DNA of 64,000 nucleotides, from positions 29,781-93,780 of IMG/VR virus record IMGVR_UViG_3300037584_002838; one strand, given 5' to 3'. This document shows positions 34,738 through 45,102 of this stretch, in pieces (positions within the stretch are counted from its first letter, which is position 1; each line of letters starts with the position of its first letter). This DNA is from a virus. The notes below the pieces were generated by a model. That model was not told where the DNA came from. It saw nothing but the letters and a program-made list of their open reading frames with translations, and made no database searches. Both the position numbers and the translations under genes were made by a program.

Positions 34738-36798
34738 ATGGTAAGACAGTGGCCGGATAATTATTTGGGTTTATTTATCATATTATCTAATGATGAAGCC
34801 ACTGAACAAATGCTTGAAATCAAAAGACCTGATTCTGGACAAAGTACAGAAATGGACTTTATTAATAAGTTTGTAAATGAAATGAATGAGTTTGTCCGTG
34901 TTGATGATATTTCTGATGATTTTGACACTGAAGAATATATGAAGGAAAAAGGTGCCGGAACATTACTAAGTAGACTTAGTGGATTAAGAGAAAAAATCAC
35001 ATTTTTAGACACAATAGAAGGTAATATCGTAAAACTTGTTCAAGAAGTTAAAGGAAGAAGAGGTCGAAGCAAGTTAGATGTGCTAATTTCCGATATTTTA
35101 CAAGAAAAAGACGATGTTAAGGCCAATCTTGTTAAATTACAGAAAATTATTCCTAATCTAAACAAACAACAAATGAAAGATTTTCGAAGAAATAACTTAA
35201 ATAAGCGAAATACACAAAAATTAATCGAAATCTACTCAAAAAACCAAGATAAACTAACTGAAGATGACTTCAATGACGAAGAAAAAGTCAATATAGACCA
35301 ATCTTTACTAAAAGTTAGTGCATTAGCAAGTAAATTCGATAATAATGAGTTAAAATCCATTAAACAAGGTGCAAAAAAGATGGGTTTTAAGGTAAAATTA
35401 GAGAAAAATAGAATAATTATGCTAAAAATACTTGCATCAAGAGTTGCTAAGAGCAAAGAAGCGAGAGAAGCGATTTTAAGGGCATCAGTTGGTGATTTAT
35501 TTTCAAAGGAAAGGGGTGGAAAAGCCGCAGATATTAAAATAATCATAGACCATTCAGATATTAGGAATCTTTTGATAGAAAAAGACAAGGTTCTTAGAGA
35601 TATTGCTTCAACAGAGTCCATTTTAGAAGAACAGGGAAGCACATTAGTAGCGGAAGAAACTATTGATGAAGATAGGCTTGAAGATTATATCAAATTGATT
35701 AAGCGTGGACTTTTGAAGCCCACTGCTACAAAGGCATTGACTGATTTTGAGTTAAATGGAACTTCATTATATGAAAAAGTCTTTGATGGCAATTCTGCAA
35801 AAAAGAACCATAATATGTCACCATACTTGGCTAAAGTATTAACAGGTTCAAGTGACAATCCTTTTGATGAGGCTATGGATAATAATGCTAAAGAAAGCGT
35901 ACTGCCCGAAAGAACATTTAGAGAATATGTATCACAAAGAGATGGTTGGAGAGAATCATACAAGGGTCAAAGAACACCCGACCAATTAGGAAAAGATACT
36001 GCGGCAGGTAAAAACTACTTTGATGAATATAATAAATTAATCGAAGGCGGTACTGCGGGAGTGATTAGCAAACATCTTGCTGACTTTTTGGTAACAAGAA
36101 ATGTCATAACAGAAGAAGAAAGAGATGGCTTCGATATAGTAAATAAGGACTCTAAACCAAGTCACCAATTGTTAGTAATGAAAAATATTGGAAAAGCAAA
36201 AGTAAGTAAAATCTTCAAGGATAGTGAAGGTAGGTCATTCCAAAGAAGATACGCAAAATGGTTAGAAAGTAATAATCTAACTGATAATCGTCAAGGCAAA
36301 TTAGACAGGTTTAGAAAAGATGTAAATGTTGAAGGAATTGATTTCAGCAAGGAGTCAAAAGCGGTGGCGGCTATTTATTCTATTCTAATGAAGGAACCTT
36401 TGTTAGCCTTCTTTGGTTCAAGAACCGAACTTAAAAATATGTTTAGAGCATTTAACATAAACAATGGACTGAAGGTATATTATCACATTATTAGTCTTAT
36501 GACTAATGTAGATTTGAAGTCCGAAGTACAAAAGATAGACTCAATGGTAGATAGAAAGGAGGGGGAGAAACCTTCATTAGATAATAATTCCTCCCTTCTT
36601 GCATCGGTTAAGGCTCTTGCTGACAAACTCAACACGGGCCTAGCCGAATTTAAGAAGTCTTTTACAGAAGCGTTAAAGCAAAGATTGAAGGATATAGAGG
36701 AAGAACCTAAAAATTATCTTGTTATACATAAGAATGATGATATTAAAAAACTATTAGTTGCTTCTAATTTAATGAATGAAAAGGTGGTTGAAGAATGA
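34738..36798 (+). CDS. Large helical protein (686 aa), possible internal virion protein
   Basis: Long ORF in the late operon; no catalytic motif recognised. Confidence 0.8.
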   Translation: MVRQWPDNYLGLFIILSNDEATEQMLEIKRPDSGQSTEMDFINKFVNEMNEFVRVDDISDDFDTEEYMKEKGAGTLLSRLSGLREKITFLDTIEGNIVKLVQEVKGRRGRSKLDVLISDILQEKDDVKANLVKLQKIIPNLNKQQMKDFRRNNLNKRNTQKLIEIYSKNQDKLTEDDFNDEEKVNIDQSLLKVSALASKFDNNELKSIKQGAKKMGFKVKLEKNRIIMLKILASRVAKSKEAREAILRASVGDLFSKERGGKAADIKIIIDHSDIRNLLIEKDKVLRDIASTESILEEQGSTLVAEETIDEDRLEDYIKLIKRGLLKPTATKALTDFELNGTSLYEKVFDGNSAKKNHNMSPYLAKVLTGSSDNPFDEAMDNNAKESVLPERTFREYVSQRDGWRESYKGQRTPDQLGKDTAAGKNYFDEYNKLIEGGTAGVISKHLADFLVTRNVITEEERDGFDIVNKDSKPSHQLLVMKNIGKAKVSKIFKDSEGRSFQRRYAKWLESNNLTDNRQGKLDRFRKDVNVEGIDFSKESKAVAAIYSILMKEPLLAFFGSRTELKNMFRAFNINNGLKVYYHIISLMTNVDLKSEVQKIDSMVDRKEGEKPSLDNNSSLLASVKALADKLNTGLAEFKKSFTEALKQRLKDIEEEPKNYLVIHKNDDIKKLLVASNLMNEKVVEE

Positions 36799-39332
36799 TT
36801 TTAGACAATCATACAAAAGATTCTAAGAAAGTGTTAGAAGCACTTGAAAATAAATTCAAAGAATATAATGTTGGTAATAACCAAGCCAAAAGAAAACAGG
36901 CTATTGAAAATATGGAGGACTTTATTTTTGACCTTGTTGAAGATAATACTAAAGATTTAGATGATAGCATCGTTGATGATATTGTAGAAGAATTAGAAGA
37001 ATATCTTATGGGTTTGAAACCTACGGAAAAGGTTTCCGGCGTTGGAGAACAAGCCGCCGAGTTTTTACAAAGGCTACCACTAAGCAACATATTGTATGAA
37101 GGAACGCCCATTGCTGGACAAAAGAATATCCTTTTAACAAAAGGATTTAATGCAAATGCTATTTCTGTTAAAGAAGGAAGAACTGTAAAGATAGACAGGT
37201 TAGAAACCAACATCAAAGAAACAAAAAAGGATATGAAGTCCCTTGAAGAAACAATGGGTGCCAAACCTATTCAAACTCATGTATTCACTAATCTAAGGAA
37301 TATGACAAAAAGAATCCGTACAGTGATGAAAGAAGGCACAAGAGAATATAAGGTGTCTAAGTTTGAATTACACTTAGATAAGATATTTGGAACTGAAACA
37401 GGGAAATTCAAAGACTTAAAAGAAAGAGAGGCTACTTATCAATATTGGTCTGAAATTAAAGATGAAGAAGATAAGATGATTAAAAGTCTAAAAGAACTCT
37501 TAACTACACTAAAAGAAGTAAAAACTAAGGGAGAAAAAGAACATAAAGCCATTAGTGAGTTTGTTAATTTTGTTGAAAAGAATATTGACAAACTAACTTA
37601 TATTGAGATGTTTGAGCCGGTGTCTGATTCTTTAGAAGATATAGAAGTGAGAGCAGTAAAAATACTGAAAGACTTTGCTGAAGTCTACGGTATTAATATG
37701 AGTATGACAGGTCAAGAAGAAGGACTACAAACTCAATATGAAGATGATGAACCTTCTGATGATGAAGATGAGGAAAAGCCCACAAGTGCGGGTGAAGGAG
37801 ATACAATTAATCCTCAAGCCAAAGAGTCAATAGCGGAACTTGAACAAAACCTATCAGATGAACAGGAGTTTGACCCTCTTGGACTATTGGTTTTGAAAGA
37901 AGATTTAGGTGCCTTTGCCGCAATATATGGTGAAGTAGAGGAATTGAAATCTTTTGTTAGGGATAAAAAAGAACGATTTATTTTAGACCAAGACGATGAA
38001 GAAGCCGTCTTTGAAACCTTTGTTGATAAGATTGAAGCAGTTGAACAGTATGTAGATGAATCAGTGTTCAGAGAAAAAACATTCCCACTACCTATCTTTG
38101 CCGCAAATCTTCCGGCTCTTAGAATACACTACAAAAAAGTAGGTTCGGAAATAAATGTAAGAACACAAAACATAGACAGGTTCTTGGAATTATTTGTAAA
38201 TCTAATAGAAAATGACAAGACTCTATTCCCGCAAGATGTAGGATTACAAATGGCTGGCGCAGGTTCGGGGCCATTAAGCGAACAGTTGAAACTACCTGCG
38301 GGTAAAAGCGGAAAGAAGCCAAGTCCTAAAAGACAGTTTAGATACCTAAATACTGTTATTGGTGCAAAGGGTAGTCTAAGAGAGAACTTCTCACTCAGTA
38401 CAAAACTTGATAATAAGATAGCGGAACAAATTGATGTTCTTATCAAGCCGATGGTTGAGATTTACTTAGGGCCACAATTTACTATTCATTCAGCAGGTAT
38501 GGATTTACCATTTACAGACAATGCCGCTATGAGAATTATTTCATCATACAAGGACTTGGATGCTAAGTATATTAATTACCAAGCACTAAATAAAAAGTTC
38601 GCTAAATATGGAGAATCGTTAATTACTGATAGAGAAGCAAAAAGACTGTTGGAGTTCACTAATCTTTTGGCGAAGGGAGATACTATACAGAATCTAAATA
38701 CATTAGAGGAAAAAGGTGCAAACTTTGTCAAGGGAGTATATAGAATATTCAAAGATATAGATGAAGAAACTAAAAGCAAGACGGCTAATAATGCACTTAA
38801 AGACAGAATCCATAGAGAAGTCGCTTCGCTAATAGGTTCAATAAAAATACTTTCTGATGATAAAGAGGATAGGCCGTTCCTTGTCGGGGCTAACTACAAG
38901 AAAACGATTAAGCCACTTGAAGAATACTCAAACTTAGGTGTAGATAGAGTTGGTGAAATTACTGCTATTAGGTCTTTATCACAATTGATAGGAAGCAGTA
39001 AAGGAGAGGCTATCATAGATAGTGACATTGGAGAAAAGTTAGTGGCCGACTTTAGAACCTTAGCAAAGAGCGAAATTAATGATAAACTATTGGCGGTACA
39101 TGATAGTATTAGGCTACTAAAGAAGCAACCTATTTACCATTCATTCAAGAGGCTGGATGATGTAGACCACTTGGATTCTATGATTTCTAAGATGGAAAAG
39201 GACTACAACTTGGATATTTCAGCCAGCGAAATAACCGGTATTGTCAATACAATCAATTCATTTGATAGTATCAGCAAAGCATACGGAATTAGTTCAGAGC
39301 ATGTGTATGTGATTAAGGCTAACTTTAGGTGA
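36795..39332 (+). CDS. Large acidic protein (845 aa), possible internal virion protein
   Basis: Long ORF; no catalytic motif recognised. Confidence 0.8.
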   Translation: MILDNHTKDSKKVLEALENKFKEYNVGNNQAKRKQAIENMEDFIFDLVEDNTKDLDDSIVDDIVEELEEYLMGLKPTEKVSGVGEQAAEFLQRLPLSNILYEGTPIAGQKNILLTKGFNANAISVKEGRTVKIDRLETNIKETKKDMKSLEETMGAKPIQTHVFTNLRNMTKRIRTVMKEGTREYKVSKFELHLDKIFGTETGKFKDLKEREATYQYWSEIKDEEDKMIKSLKELLTTLKEVKTKGEKEHKAISEFVNFVEKNIDKLTYIEMFEPVSDSLEDIEVRAVKILKDFAEVYGINMSMTGQEEGLQTQYEDDEPSDDEDEEKPTSAGEGDTINPQAKESIAELEQNLSDEQEFDPLGLLVLKEDLGAFAAIYGEVEELKSFVRDKKERFILDQDDEEAVFETFVDKIEAVEQYVDESVFREKTFPLPIFAANLPALRIHYKKVGSEINVRTQNIDRFLELFVNLIENDKTLFPQDVGLQMAGAGSGPLSEQLKLPAGKSGKKPSPKRQFRYLNTVIGAKGSLRENFSLSTKLDNKIAEQIDVLIKPMVEIYLGPQFTIHSAGMDLPFTDNAAMRIISSYKDLDAKYINYQALNKKFAKYGESLITDREAKRLLEFTNLLAKGDTIQNLNTLEEKGANFVKGVYRIFKDIDEETKSKTANNALKDRIHREVASLIGSIKILSDDKEDRPFLVGANYKKTIKPLEEYSNLGVDRVGEITAIRSLSQLIGSSKGEAIIDSDIGEKLVADFRTLAKSEINDKLLAVHDSIRLLKKQPIYHSFKRLDDVDHLDSMISKMEKDYNLDISASEITGIVNTINSFDSISKAYGISSEHVYVIKANFR

Positions 39333-39853
39333 GAAATATGGCAGAAAAAATTCCCCCCGAAGAACTTTCTTTTGAAGAGATGTCTGAAAAAAAGGCCATT
39401 AAAGCCTTTCAAGATGACGGCTATTTTAATTATGTAAAAAGACAAATGAGATATGGTAAATTCTTACCTAGAGATTCTATATGGGCTACTGCCCCCGCTA
39501 CCATGTTTGTTGCTTTTTATGAGAATAAACCTGTAGGGGTTATTGGTTTTGCTGAACACAAAGGCGCACTTTTAATGGCAGGAACTCATGTTAGAGATGA
39601 ATATAGGGGAAGAGGCTTATCTAGTATTTTATTAGAAAAGTTATTAGAAGAAAAAGGAACTAAAACATTGTATGCTAATCCAGTTTCGGAAAGATTTGCT
39701 AACACATTAAAAAAATATGGATTCAAAGATATGGTAATAGAGAGTCTACCTAAAGATATACAAGAAGAACTTGAAGGAGTCAATTATCCCGAACAACTAC
39801 AAAAATGGGTCAAACACGAAATGACTTGGTTTATGTTGTTAAAGAAACGGTGA
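39329..39853 (+). CDS. GNAT-family acetyltransferase
   Basis: Motif A HVRDEYRGRGLS; LKKYGF. Confidence 0.85.
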   Translation: MRNMAEKIPPEELSFEEMSEKKAIKAFQDDGYFNYVKRQMRYGKFLPRDSIWATAPATMFVAFYENKPVGVIGFAEHKGALLMAGTHVRDEYRGRGLSSILLEKLLEEKGTKTLYANPVSERFANTLKKYGFKDMVIESLPKDIQEELEGVNYPEQLQKWVKHEMTWFMLLKKR

Positions 39854-39857
39854 TAAT

Positions 39858-41288
39858 ATGGAAATAGAAACCTTCAATTTTGAACATCAGATGGATATGG
39901 AGTTATCCCGTAACTCCTTTCCATACTTCTTTCAGAATGTATTAGGTTTCGATTTTCCGTCTTATATTCAAGAGTGGCATGAGTTGATGAATGAAACTCA
40001 AAGAACAGTAATCATTTGTAGTCGTGACCACGGTAAATCCGTATTTATGCACAGTTGGGTAGTGTGGAAGTTAATTTTTGAAAAGCCTCCATATCAAATG
40101 CTATACATATCTTCTAACCAAAAGCAGACATTGGTTCACATGAGAGATATTGATAAGATGTTCACCCATCCTATGCTTAAAAGGTTCAAACCTGCAAGGG
40201 GTTGGGCTATTGGTAACATTACATTAACTAACGGTAATCAAATCTTAGAGCGTTCAGTTGGTTCACAGATTCGTGGATTACACCCTCAAGAAATAGTAAT
40301 TGATGACCCTTTGAAAGAGTTTAGTATGACAGGGATTCAAAAGGTTACAGATTGGTTTTATGGAGATATGATTCCTACTTTACATCACACTGCATCACTT
40401 AGGGTTATTGGTACTCCATTCAGTTATACAGATATTTACCAACAGTTATCGGAAAATGACGCATATACTGTTAGAACATATCCATGCCTTAATTCTTTGA
40501 ATGAACCCTTATGGCCGGACAGATGGAATTATGAAGCACTAATGGCGAGAAAGGCTGAAGTTGGTTCACTAATGTTCACAAGGGAATATATGTGTGTTCC
40601 GATATCGACGGGTACTTCTCTATTCAATCCTGAATACTTAGACAAGGCTAAGAATAAAGATTATGTTTTGAAACCACAAAGGCGTGAGGGCTTCAAGTAT
40701 TATGTTGGAGTAGACCCTGCTATTTCTACTGATGGAGATTATAATGTAATTACTGTATTAGAAGTAGACGAACATGACAATAAGACAGTAGTATTTGTAG
40801 ACCGTTGTAAGAATGTTGAGTTTAGAGAGAATATAGAAAAGGTTCGGCTAATAGGAAAAATGTTCCATCCCGAAGTAGTCCTCTTTGAAACAAACACCTT
40901 TGCTAAATCATTTACACAGGAGTTAAGGAATGTGTCTGATTTGAATGTGCATGATTTTAATACAACGAGAAAGAAGAAGGAAGAGATTATTCTTAGTTTG
41001 CAAATGAACTTTGAAAACGAAAAGATTCGTTTGCCTTATGGTAATGAAGAAAGCCGAAGAGTTACAGGTACACTGATAGAAGAATTGTCAATGTTTGCTA
41101 TTACTGAAAGAGGCAAGTTTGAGGGTATTGGCGCACATGACGATATGGTGATGAGCCTTGCATTAGCAAATGCGGCAACACATACTATGAGTGAAACATT
41201 CATACTCTTAGACGATATGGGAATATTTGAGCCGGTGCAAACTAACAAGTATGCAAGGCAGAACGGTTTTATTGGTATGAACTTCTGA
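39858..41288 (+). CDS. terL: Terminase large subunit
   Basis: SRDHGKS (Walker A), IVIDD (Walker B), VIGTP, VGVDPA and HDDMVMSLALA (RNase H-like nuclease). Confidence 0.93.
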   Translation: MEIETFNFEHQMDMELSRNSFPYFFQNVLGFDFPSYIQEWHELMNETQRTVIICSRDHGKSVFMHSWVVWKLIFEKPPYQMLYISSNQKQTLVHMRDIDKMFTHPMLKRFKPARGWAIGNITLTNGNQILERSVGSQIRGLHPQEIVIDDPLKEFSMTGIQKVTDWFYGDMIPTLHHTASLRVIGTPFSYTDIYQQLSENDAYTVRTYPCLNSLNEPLWPDRWNYEALMARKAEVGSLMFTREYMCVPISTGTSLFNPEYLDKAKNKDYVLKPQRREGFKYYVGVDPAISTDGDYNVITVLEVDEHDNKTVVFVDRCKNVEFRENIEKVRLIGKMFHPEVVLFETNTFAKSFTQELRNVSDLNVHDFNTTRKKKEEIILSLQMNFENEKIRLPYGNEESRRVTGTLIEELSMFAITERGKFEGIGAHDDMVMSLALANAATHTMSETFILLDDMGIFEPVQTNKYARQNGFIGMNF

Positions 41289-41297
41289 GGTGATTAA

Positions 41298-42659
41298 ATG
41301 ACTACTCCTACTCCTGAAGAATATGAAGATGCCGAAGAAGCAATGGGTCAATTAGCAGAGTTAGGAAGGAAACAAAAAGAAGAACAGACTAAGGCTGAAC
41401 AGGCTTTAGGTACTAGATTAAAAAGTATTAATGATTATGTCATGTCCGACTATGAAGCCATTACTACTCTATCTAAGAATCTAAACATTAATGCTACTGA
41501 TGCGAGAAAGCGTCTTGATACATTCCCTTCAGAATACATAGTTGATGGACAGACTATTCCCGACTTGGTAAAAAAAATGCGTAAAGCAAGAAGAAGTCTA
41601 AAGGGAGAATCAAGAACAAGAATGTCTAAATCAATTGATACTGTTATTGAAGGATATGGTGAACACATTCACAAGTGTATTAATTCTATTTATTGGATTA
41701 GCCCATACAAAGTTCCATTACTTAAAATGAGATTTACAGAAAAGGATTTATCAAAACTCAATAAGATTACAGATGTTAAGAAAAGAAGAGTTGTTGTTGA
41801 TTCTCTTTGTAAATTATGGGAAATTGATTTGAAGAAAGAAAATATGGCATATAGTAAAGAATATGCTAAATTAGAAAAAGATTCAAGAATTGCTAAGAAA
41901 GAGTTTAGGCAAGAAATAAAAAGTATTACCGACCAATCTCTAATTAAATCAAAGAAAGAAAAGTCATTAGACTTTATTATGAAGGCAGTATGCGAAAATC
42001 CGGGAATTGGATTAGGTCAGATACATGATTCAATGCCAACTAATTTACACAAAATAAACTCAACCAGCACTATTTCTAAAATGATTAATAAGTTGGAAAT
42101 AGGAAGTTCTAATGGCGGTTATTATAAATTACCCAACGAATTAAAGAAAAATGTTTGGGCTTATACTGCGGCATTTATTGATTCAGATGGTTACATTACT
42201 ATGGATAGAAACCATAATCCAAGAGTAGGTTTAGTAGCAACAGGAGAAAGAGGGAAGGTATTCATGAATGAAATGCACAAGTCTATTGGGTTTGGTAAGT
42301 TACATTTAGACCAAAAATCTCCACAAGATACAAGGCCGGTAAATCGTCTTAATTTCTATTCACAAGATGATGTGCATAATCTATTGACAAAATGTTTGCC
42401 TCATTTTAGAATGAAAAAAGGTAATGCTGAATTGTTGTTAGAATTAATCCGTATGAAGAAGTCATACAAGAAGGCTGATTGGTACAAAGGTAGATGTGAA
42501 GAGATATTCAAATTAATGAAGTGGGAAAATCACAAAGACCATGTTGGGTTTGATTTCCTAAAAGAAGGTATATATGTTGATGATATTGCTAAGTTACAAG
42601 GTAACTGTAAGATGTCCGTTATGGATGAATTAGAAGGTATTGGGGGCATGATAGTATGA
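41298..42659 (+). CDS. Protein with C-terminal LAGLIDADG endonuclease domain
   Basis: AYTAAFIDSDGYI motif, GFGKL, LLTKCLPHFRMKK; N-terminal helical and wHTH-like region. Confidence 0.8.
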   Translation: MTTPTPEEYEDAEEAMGQLAELGRKQKEEQTKAEQALGTRLKSINDYVMSDYEAITTLSKNLNINATDARKRLDTFPSEYIVDGQTIPDLVKKMRKARRSLKGESRTRMSKSIDTVIEGYGEHIHKCINSIYWISPYKVPLLKMRFTEKDLSKLNKITDVKKRRVVVDSLCKLWEIDLKKENMAYSKEYAKLEKDSRIAKKEFRQEIKSITDQSLIKSKKEKSLDFIMKAVCENPGIGLGQIHDSMPTNLHKINSTSTISKMINKLEIGSSNGGYYKLPNELKKNVWAYTAAFIDSDGYITMDRNHNPRVGLVATGERGKVFMNEMHKSIGFGKLHLDQKSPQDTRPVNRLNFYSQDDVHNLLTKCLPHFRMKKGNAELLLELIRMKKSYKKADWYKGRCEEIFKLMKWENHKDHVGFDFLKEGIYVDDIAKLQGNCKMSVMDELEGIGGMIV

Positions 42660-42868
42660 CATGGGAAGATATTATTCACAAGAAAGGAAAAGCCCGAAGA
42701 AAAAAGGGTTCTAAGCGTTATAAGAAAAAGAAAGCAAAGCGAAAAGATGCTTGTTATTCAAAGGTTAGAAGCAGATATGATGTTTGGCCTTCGGCTTATG
42801 CTTCGGGTGCTTTAGTTAGATGTCGTAAAGTTGGTGCCGCTAATTGGGGCAATAAATCTAAGAAGTGA
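42656..42868 (+). CDS. Basic protein with MTWEDIIHK tag
   Basis: DACYSKVRSRYDVWPSAYASGALVRCRK. Confidence 0.8.
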   Translation: MTWEDIIHKKGKARRKKGSKRYKKKKAKRKDACYSKVRSRYDVWPSAYASGALVRCRKVGAANWGNKSKK

Positions 42869-42873
42869 TTAAT

Positions 42874-43149
42874 ATGACATGGCAAGAAGTATTGAAACGC
42901 AAATTAACTGCGAAGCCTTCTTCTGAAACAAGCCTTAGAGATTGGTTTGGCCGTAAAGGTGCTAAAGGAAGTAAAGGCGGTTGGGTTGATTGTAATACTT
43001 GCCGTAAAGATAAAAAAACAGGTAGAAAAAAATGTAGTGCCTGTGGTCGTGGTAGTAGGGAAAAGCGTTCTAAATATCCTTCTTGTAGACCTACACCTTC
43101 TGCTTGCGGGCAAAAAGGTAAAGGTAAATCGTGGGGGAAAAAGAGTTAA
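42874..43149 (+). CDS. Basic Cys-containing protein with MTWQEVLK tag
   Basis: SLRDWF..GGWVDC..CGR..KYPSCRP. Confidence 0.8.
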   Translation: MTWQEVLKRKLTAKPSSETSLRDWFGRKGAKGSKGGWVDCNTCRKDKKTGRKKCSACGRGSREKRSKYPSCRPTPSACGQKGKGKSWGKKS

Positions 43150-43487
43150 TGTGGCAAAATATTCTAAAAAAAGACCCGAAGAAAGGTACGGGTAAAAAGC
43201 CAAAAGGTTCTGATAGAAGATTATACACTGATGAAAACCCAAAAGACACTGTTTCCGTTAAGTTTAAGACCGCAGGTGATGTGAGAGAAACATTCAGTAG
43301 TTCAGCATTCAAATCTAAGCCACATAAAAGACAATCACAAATAATCAATTTAGTTGAGCAAAGAGCAAGAGTAGCGGCTAAAAGAGCAAAAAATCCAGAA
43401 ACAAAAAAGAGATTAAACGCTGCACACAAAGTTGCTTTAGCAAGAAAAGAATCAAGTAAAAGAAAAACAAAGAGGATGAAAGCATGA
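43149..43487 (+). CDS. Basic protein with MWQNILK tag
   Basis: GTGKKPKGSDRRLYTDENPKDTV. Confidence 0.8.
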   Translation: MWQNILKKDPKKGTGKKPKGSDRRLYTDENPKDTVSVKFKTAGDVRETFSSSAFKSKPHKRQSQIINLVEQRARVAAKRAKNPETKKRLNAAHKVALARKESSKRKTKRMKA

Positions 43488-43879
43488 GTTGGAAAGATAT
43501 TCTAAAGACAGAAAAAGCCCATTGCAGTTCAGAAAAAACAGATGAAGAACCTATCATTGAAAAAATACCGGACTTATCCGGTGATGGTAAAGTAACTCAA
43601 AAAGATGTTTTAATCGGTAGAGGCGTATATGACAAGAAAGGAAATAAAGTCAAGAAGGCTAAAGCCGGAGGAATCAGAGGACTTATTCTAAGAGAAATAC
43701 AGAAAGAAGGCGGTGCTTTGGGTTATAGTCACCTAAATAAAAAATTCAAACAACTTAACCCTTCTCAAATAAAAGGCGAAGTAATGGCTTTAGTCGAGGA
43801 TGGAAAAGCATACATTCACGGAGATGGAGATATTATTTCTATTAAAAAACCAAGTAAGGGGAGAGGATTTACTGCATGA
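43484..43879 (+). CDS. Protein with MSWKDILK tag and EF-hand-like loop
   Basis: DLSGDGKVTQKD. Confidence 0.75.
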   Translation: MSWKDILKTEKAHCSSEKTDEEPIIEKIPDLSGDGKVTQKDVLIGRGVYDKKGNKVKKAKAGGIRGLILREIQKEGGALGYSHLNKKFKQLNPSQIKGEVMALVEDGKAYIHGDGDIISIKKPSKGRGFTA

Positions 43880-44277
43880 GTTGGGAAATAATTTTGAAAC
43901 AATTGGTTTGTCCTAGAGCAACACAGGATTTGATGCTCAACACTAAAAATAGAGATGCCGCAGTAAAAAATCCAAATATTAGATATGGGCCACTTAATCT
44001 TGAAGATGAAAAGTATTGGGAAGAATATGCTAAAAGGTGGAATACTACTGCTGATGTAGCAAAGGAATCTAATTGCAGTAATTGTATTGCATTTGACATA
44101 TCTCCAAGAATGGATGAATGTATGCCTTTAACTACTGATGAAGATGGGCGTTTGGGCTATTGTTGGATGCACCACTTCAAATGCCATTCAGCAAGGTCTT
44201 GTTACACTTGGGCTAAGGGTGGCCCAATTGATGATGATAAAACTTCTAAAGAAAATCAGATGAGGGGAGAAAAGTGA
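43876..44277 (+). CDS. Cys-rich protein with MSWEIILK tag
   Basis: CPRATQD, CSNC, GYC..HHFKC...SC..W. Confidence 0.8.
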   Translation: MSWEIILKQLVCPRATQDLMLNTKNRDAAVKNPNIRYGPLNLEDEKYWEEYAKRWNTTADVAKESNCSNCIAFDISPRMDECMPLTTDEDGRLGYCWMHHFKCHSARSCYTWAKGGPIDDDKTSKENQMRGEK

Positions 44278-44627
44278 CTTGGGAAGATATTCTGAAAAAG
44301 AAACCCAAGAGTGCAAAGTCAAGAGCCTTAGAAAGAGCCAAAAAGAAAGGACTTAAAGGCCTAAACAAGCCTCAGAGATTAAGTGATGATTCAGACAAAT
44401 CTCATCATGTTATGGCTTTTGAAGGTAAAAAGGCCAAGTATATCAAGTTTGGACAAAAGGGAGTTAAAACAAATCAAACTGCTGGACAAAGAAAAGCATT
44501 CAAAAGTAGGCATAAGAAAAATATCAAGCGTGGTAAAATGTCTGCCGCTTATTGGGCTGATAAAGTAAAGTGGAGTCCAAGTAAAACCAAAGAAAAAAAG
44601 AACAAGAAATGGCGCAAAGGAAGTTGA
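44274..44627 (+). CDS. Basic protein with MTWEDILK tag
   Basis: NKPQR, IKFGQKG, FKSRH, SAAYWADKVKW. Confidence 0.8.
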   Translation: MTWEDILKKKPKSAKSRALERAKKKGLKGLNKPQRLSDDSDKSHHVMAFEGKKAKYIKFGQKGVKTNQTAGQRKAFKSRHKKNIKRGKMSAAYWADKVKWSPSKTKEKKNKKWRKGS

Positions 44628-44631
44628 TATT

Positions 44632-45102
44632 GTGTCGTGGATTGATTTGCTAAAGGCTGATTTTGTTGTTAAAACAAATTACCCCGAAGCGGATTTTTGG
44701 CTACAAAAAAGAGGCTCTGAACAGAATGTTGGAAAACCCATGAGAAAATTTAGTGAGGTTCAAGGAAAATACAACATAGGAATTAAAGTGCCGGAAGGAA
44801 TGAATAAAGAATATGTATATGCACAATTGGCGAGATTGTTTAGAAAAGGATATTGGCAAACACATTCTTATGGTACTCTTAATTTACAACATATCAGAAC
44901 AGACGATGTTAAGAAGATACTACAATCTTTTGAAGATAAAGCAGATTACAAAGATGTTACATCAGATAAAATAGAAAAGATGTATGATAAATGGTTAAAA
45001 GACTCTAAATTAATTAGTCAATTGCTTATGTCAAGTAACTCTCTAATTAGAGAAGGTCGAGAAATTAAAAGGTTCTTAGAAAAAATGGAGGGGATGAGAT
45101 GA
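44632..45102 (+). CDS. Protein with (M)SWIDLLK tag
   Basis: PEADFWLQKRGS..VGKP; GTLNLQHIRTDDVKKI. Confidence 0.75.
   Translation: MSWIDLLKADFVVKTNYPEADFWLQKRGSEQNVGKPMRKFSEVQGKYNIGIKVPEGMNKEYVYAQLARLFRKGYWQTHSYGTLNLQHIRTDDVKKILQSFEDKADYKDVTSDKIEKMYDKWLKDSKLISQLLMSSNSLIREGREIKRFLEKMEGMR

Noticed and set aside
14447-41288. Inteins or introns in RNR, helicase or TerL
   Set aside because: Protein lengths are normal, with no intein C/S...HN motifs or interrupted frames.
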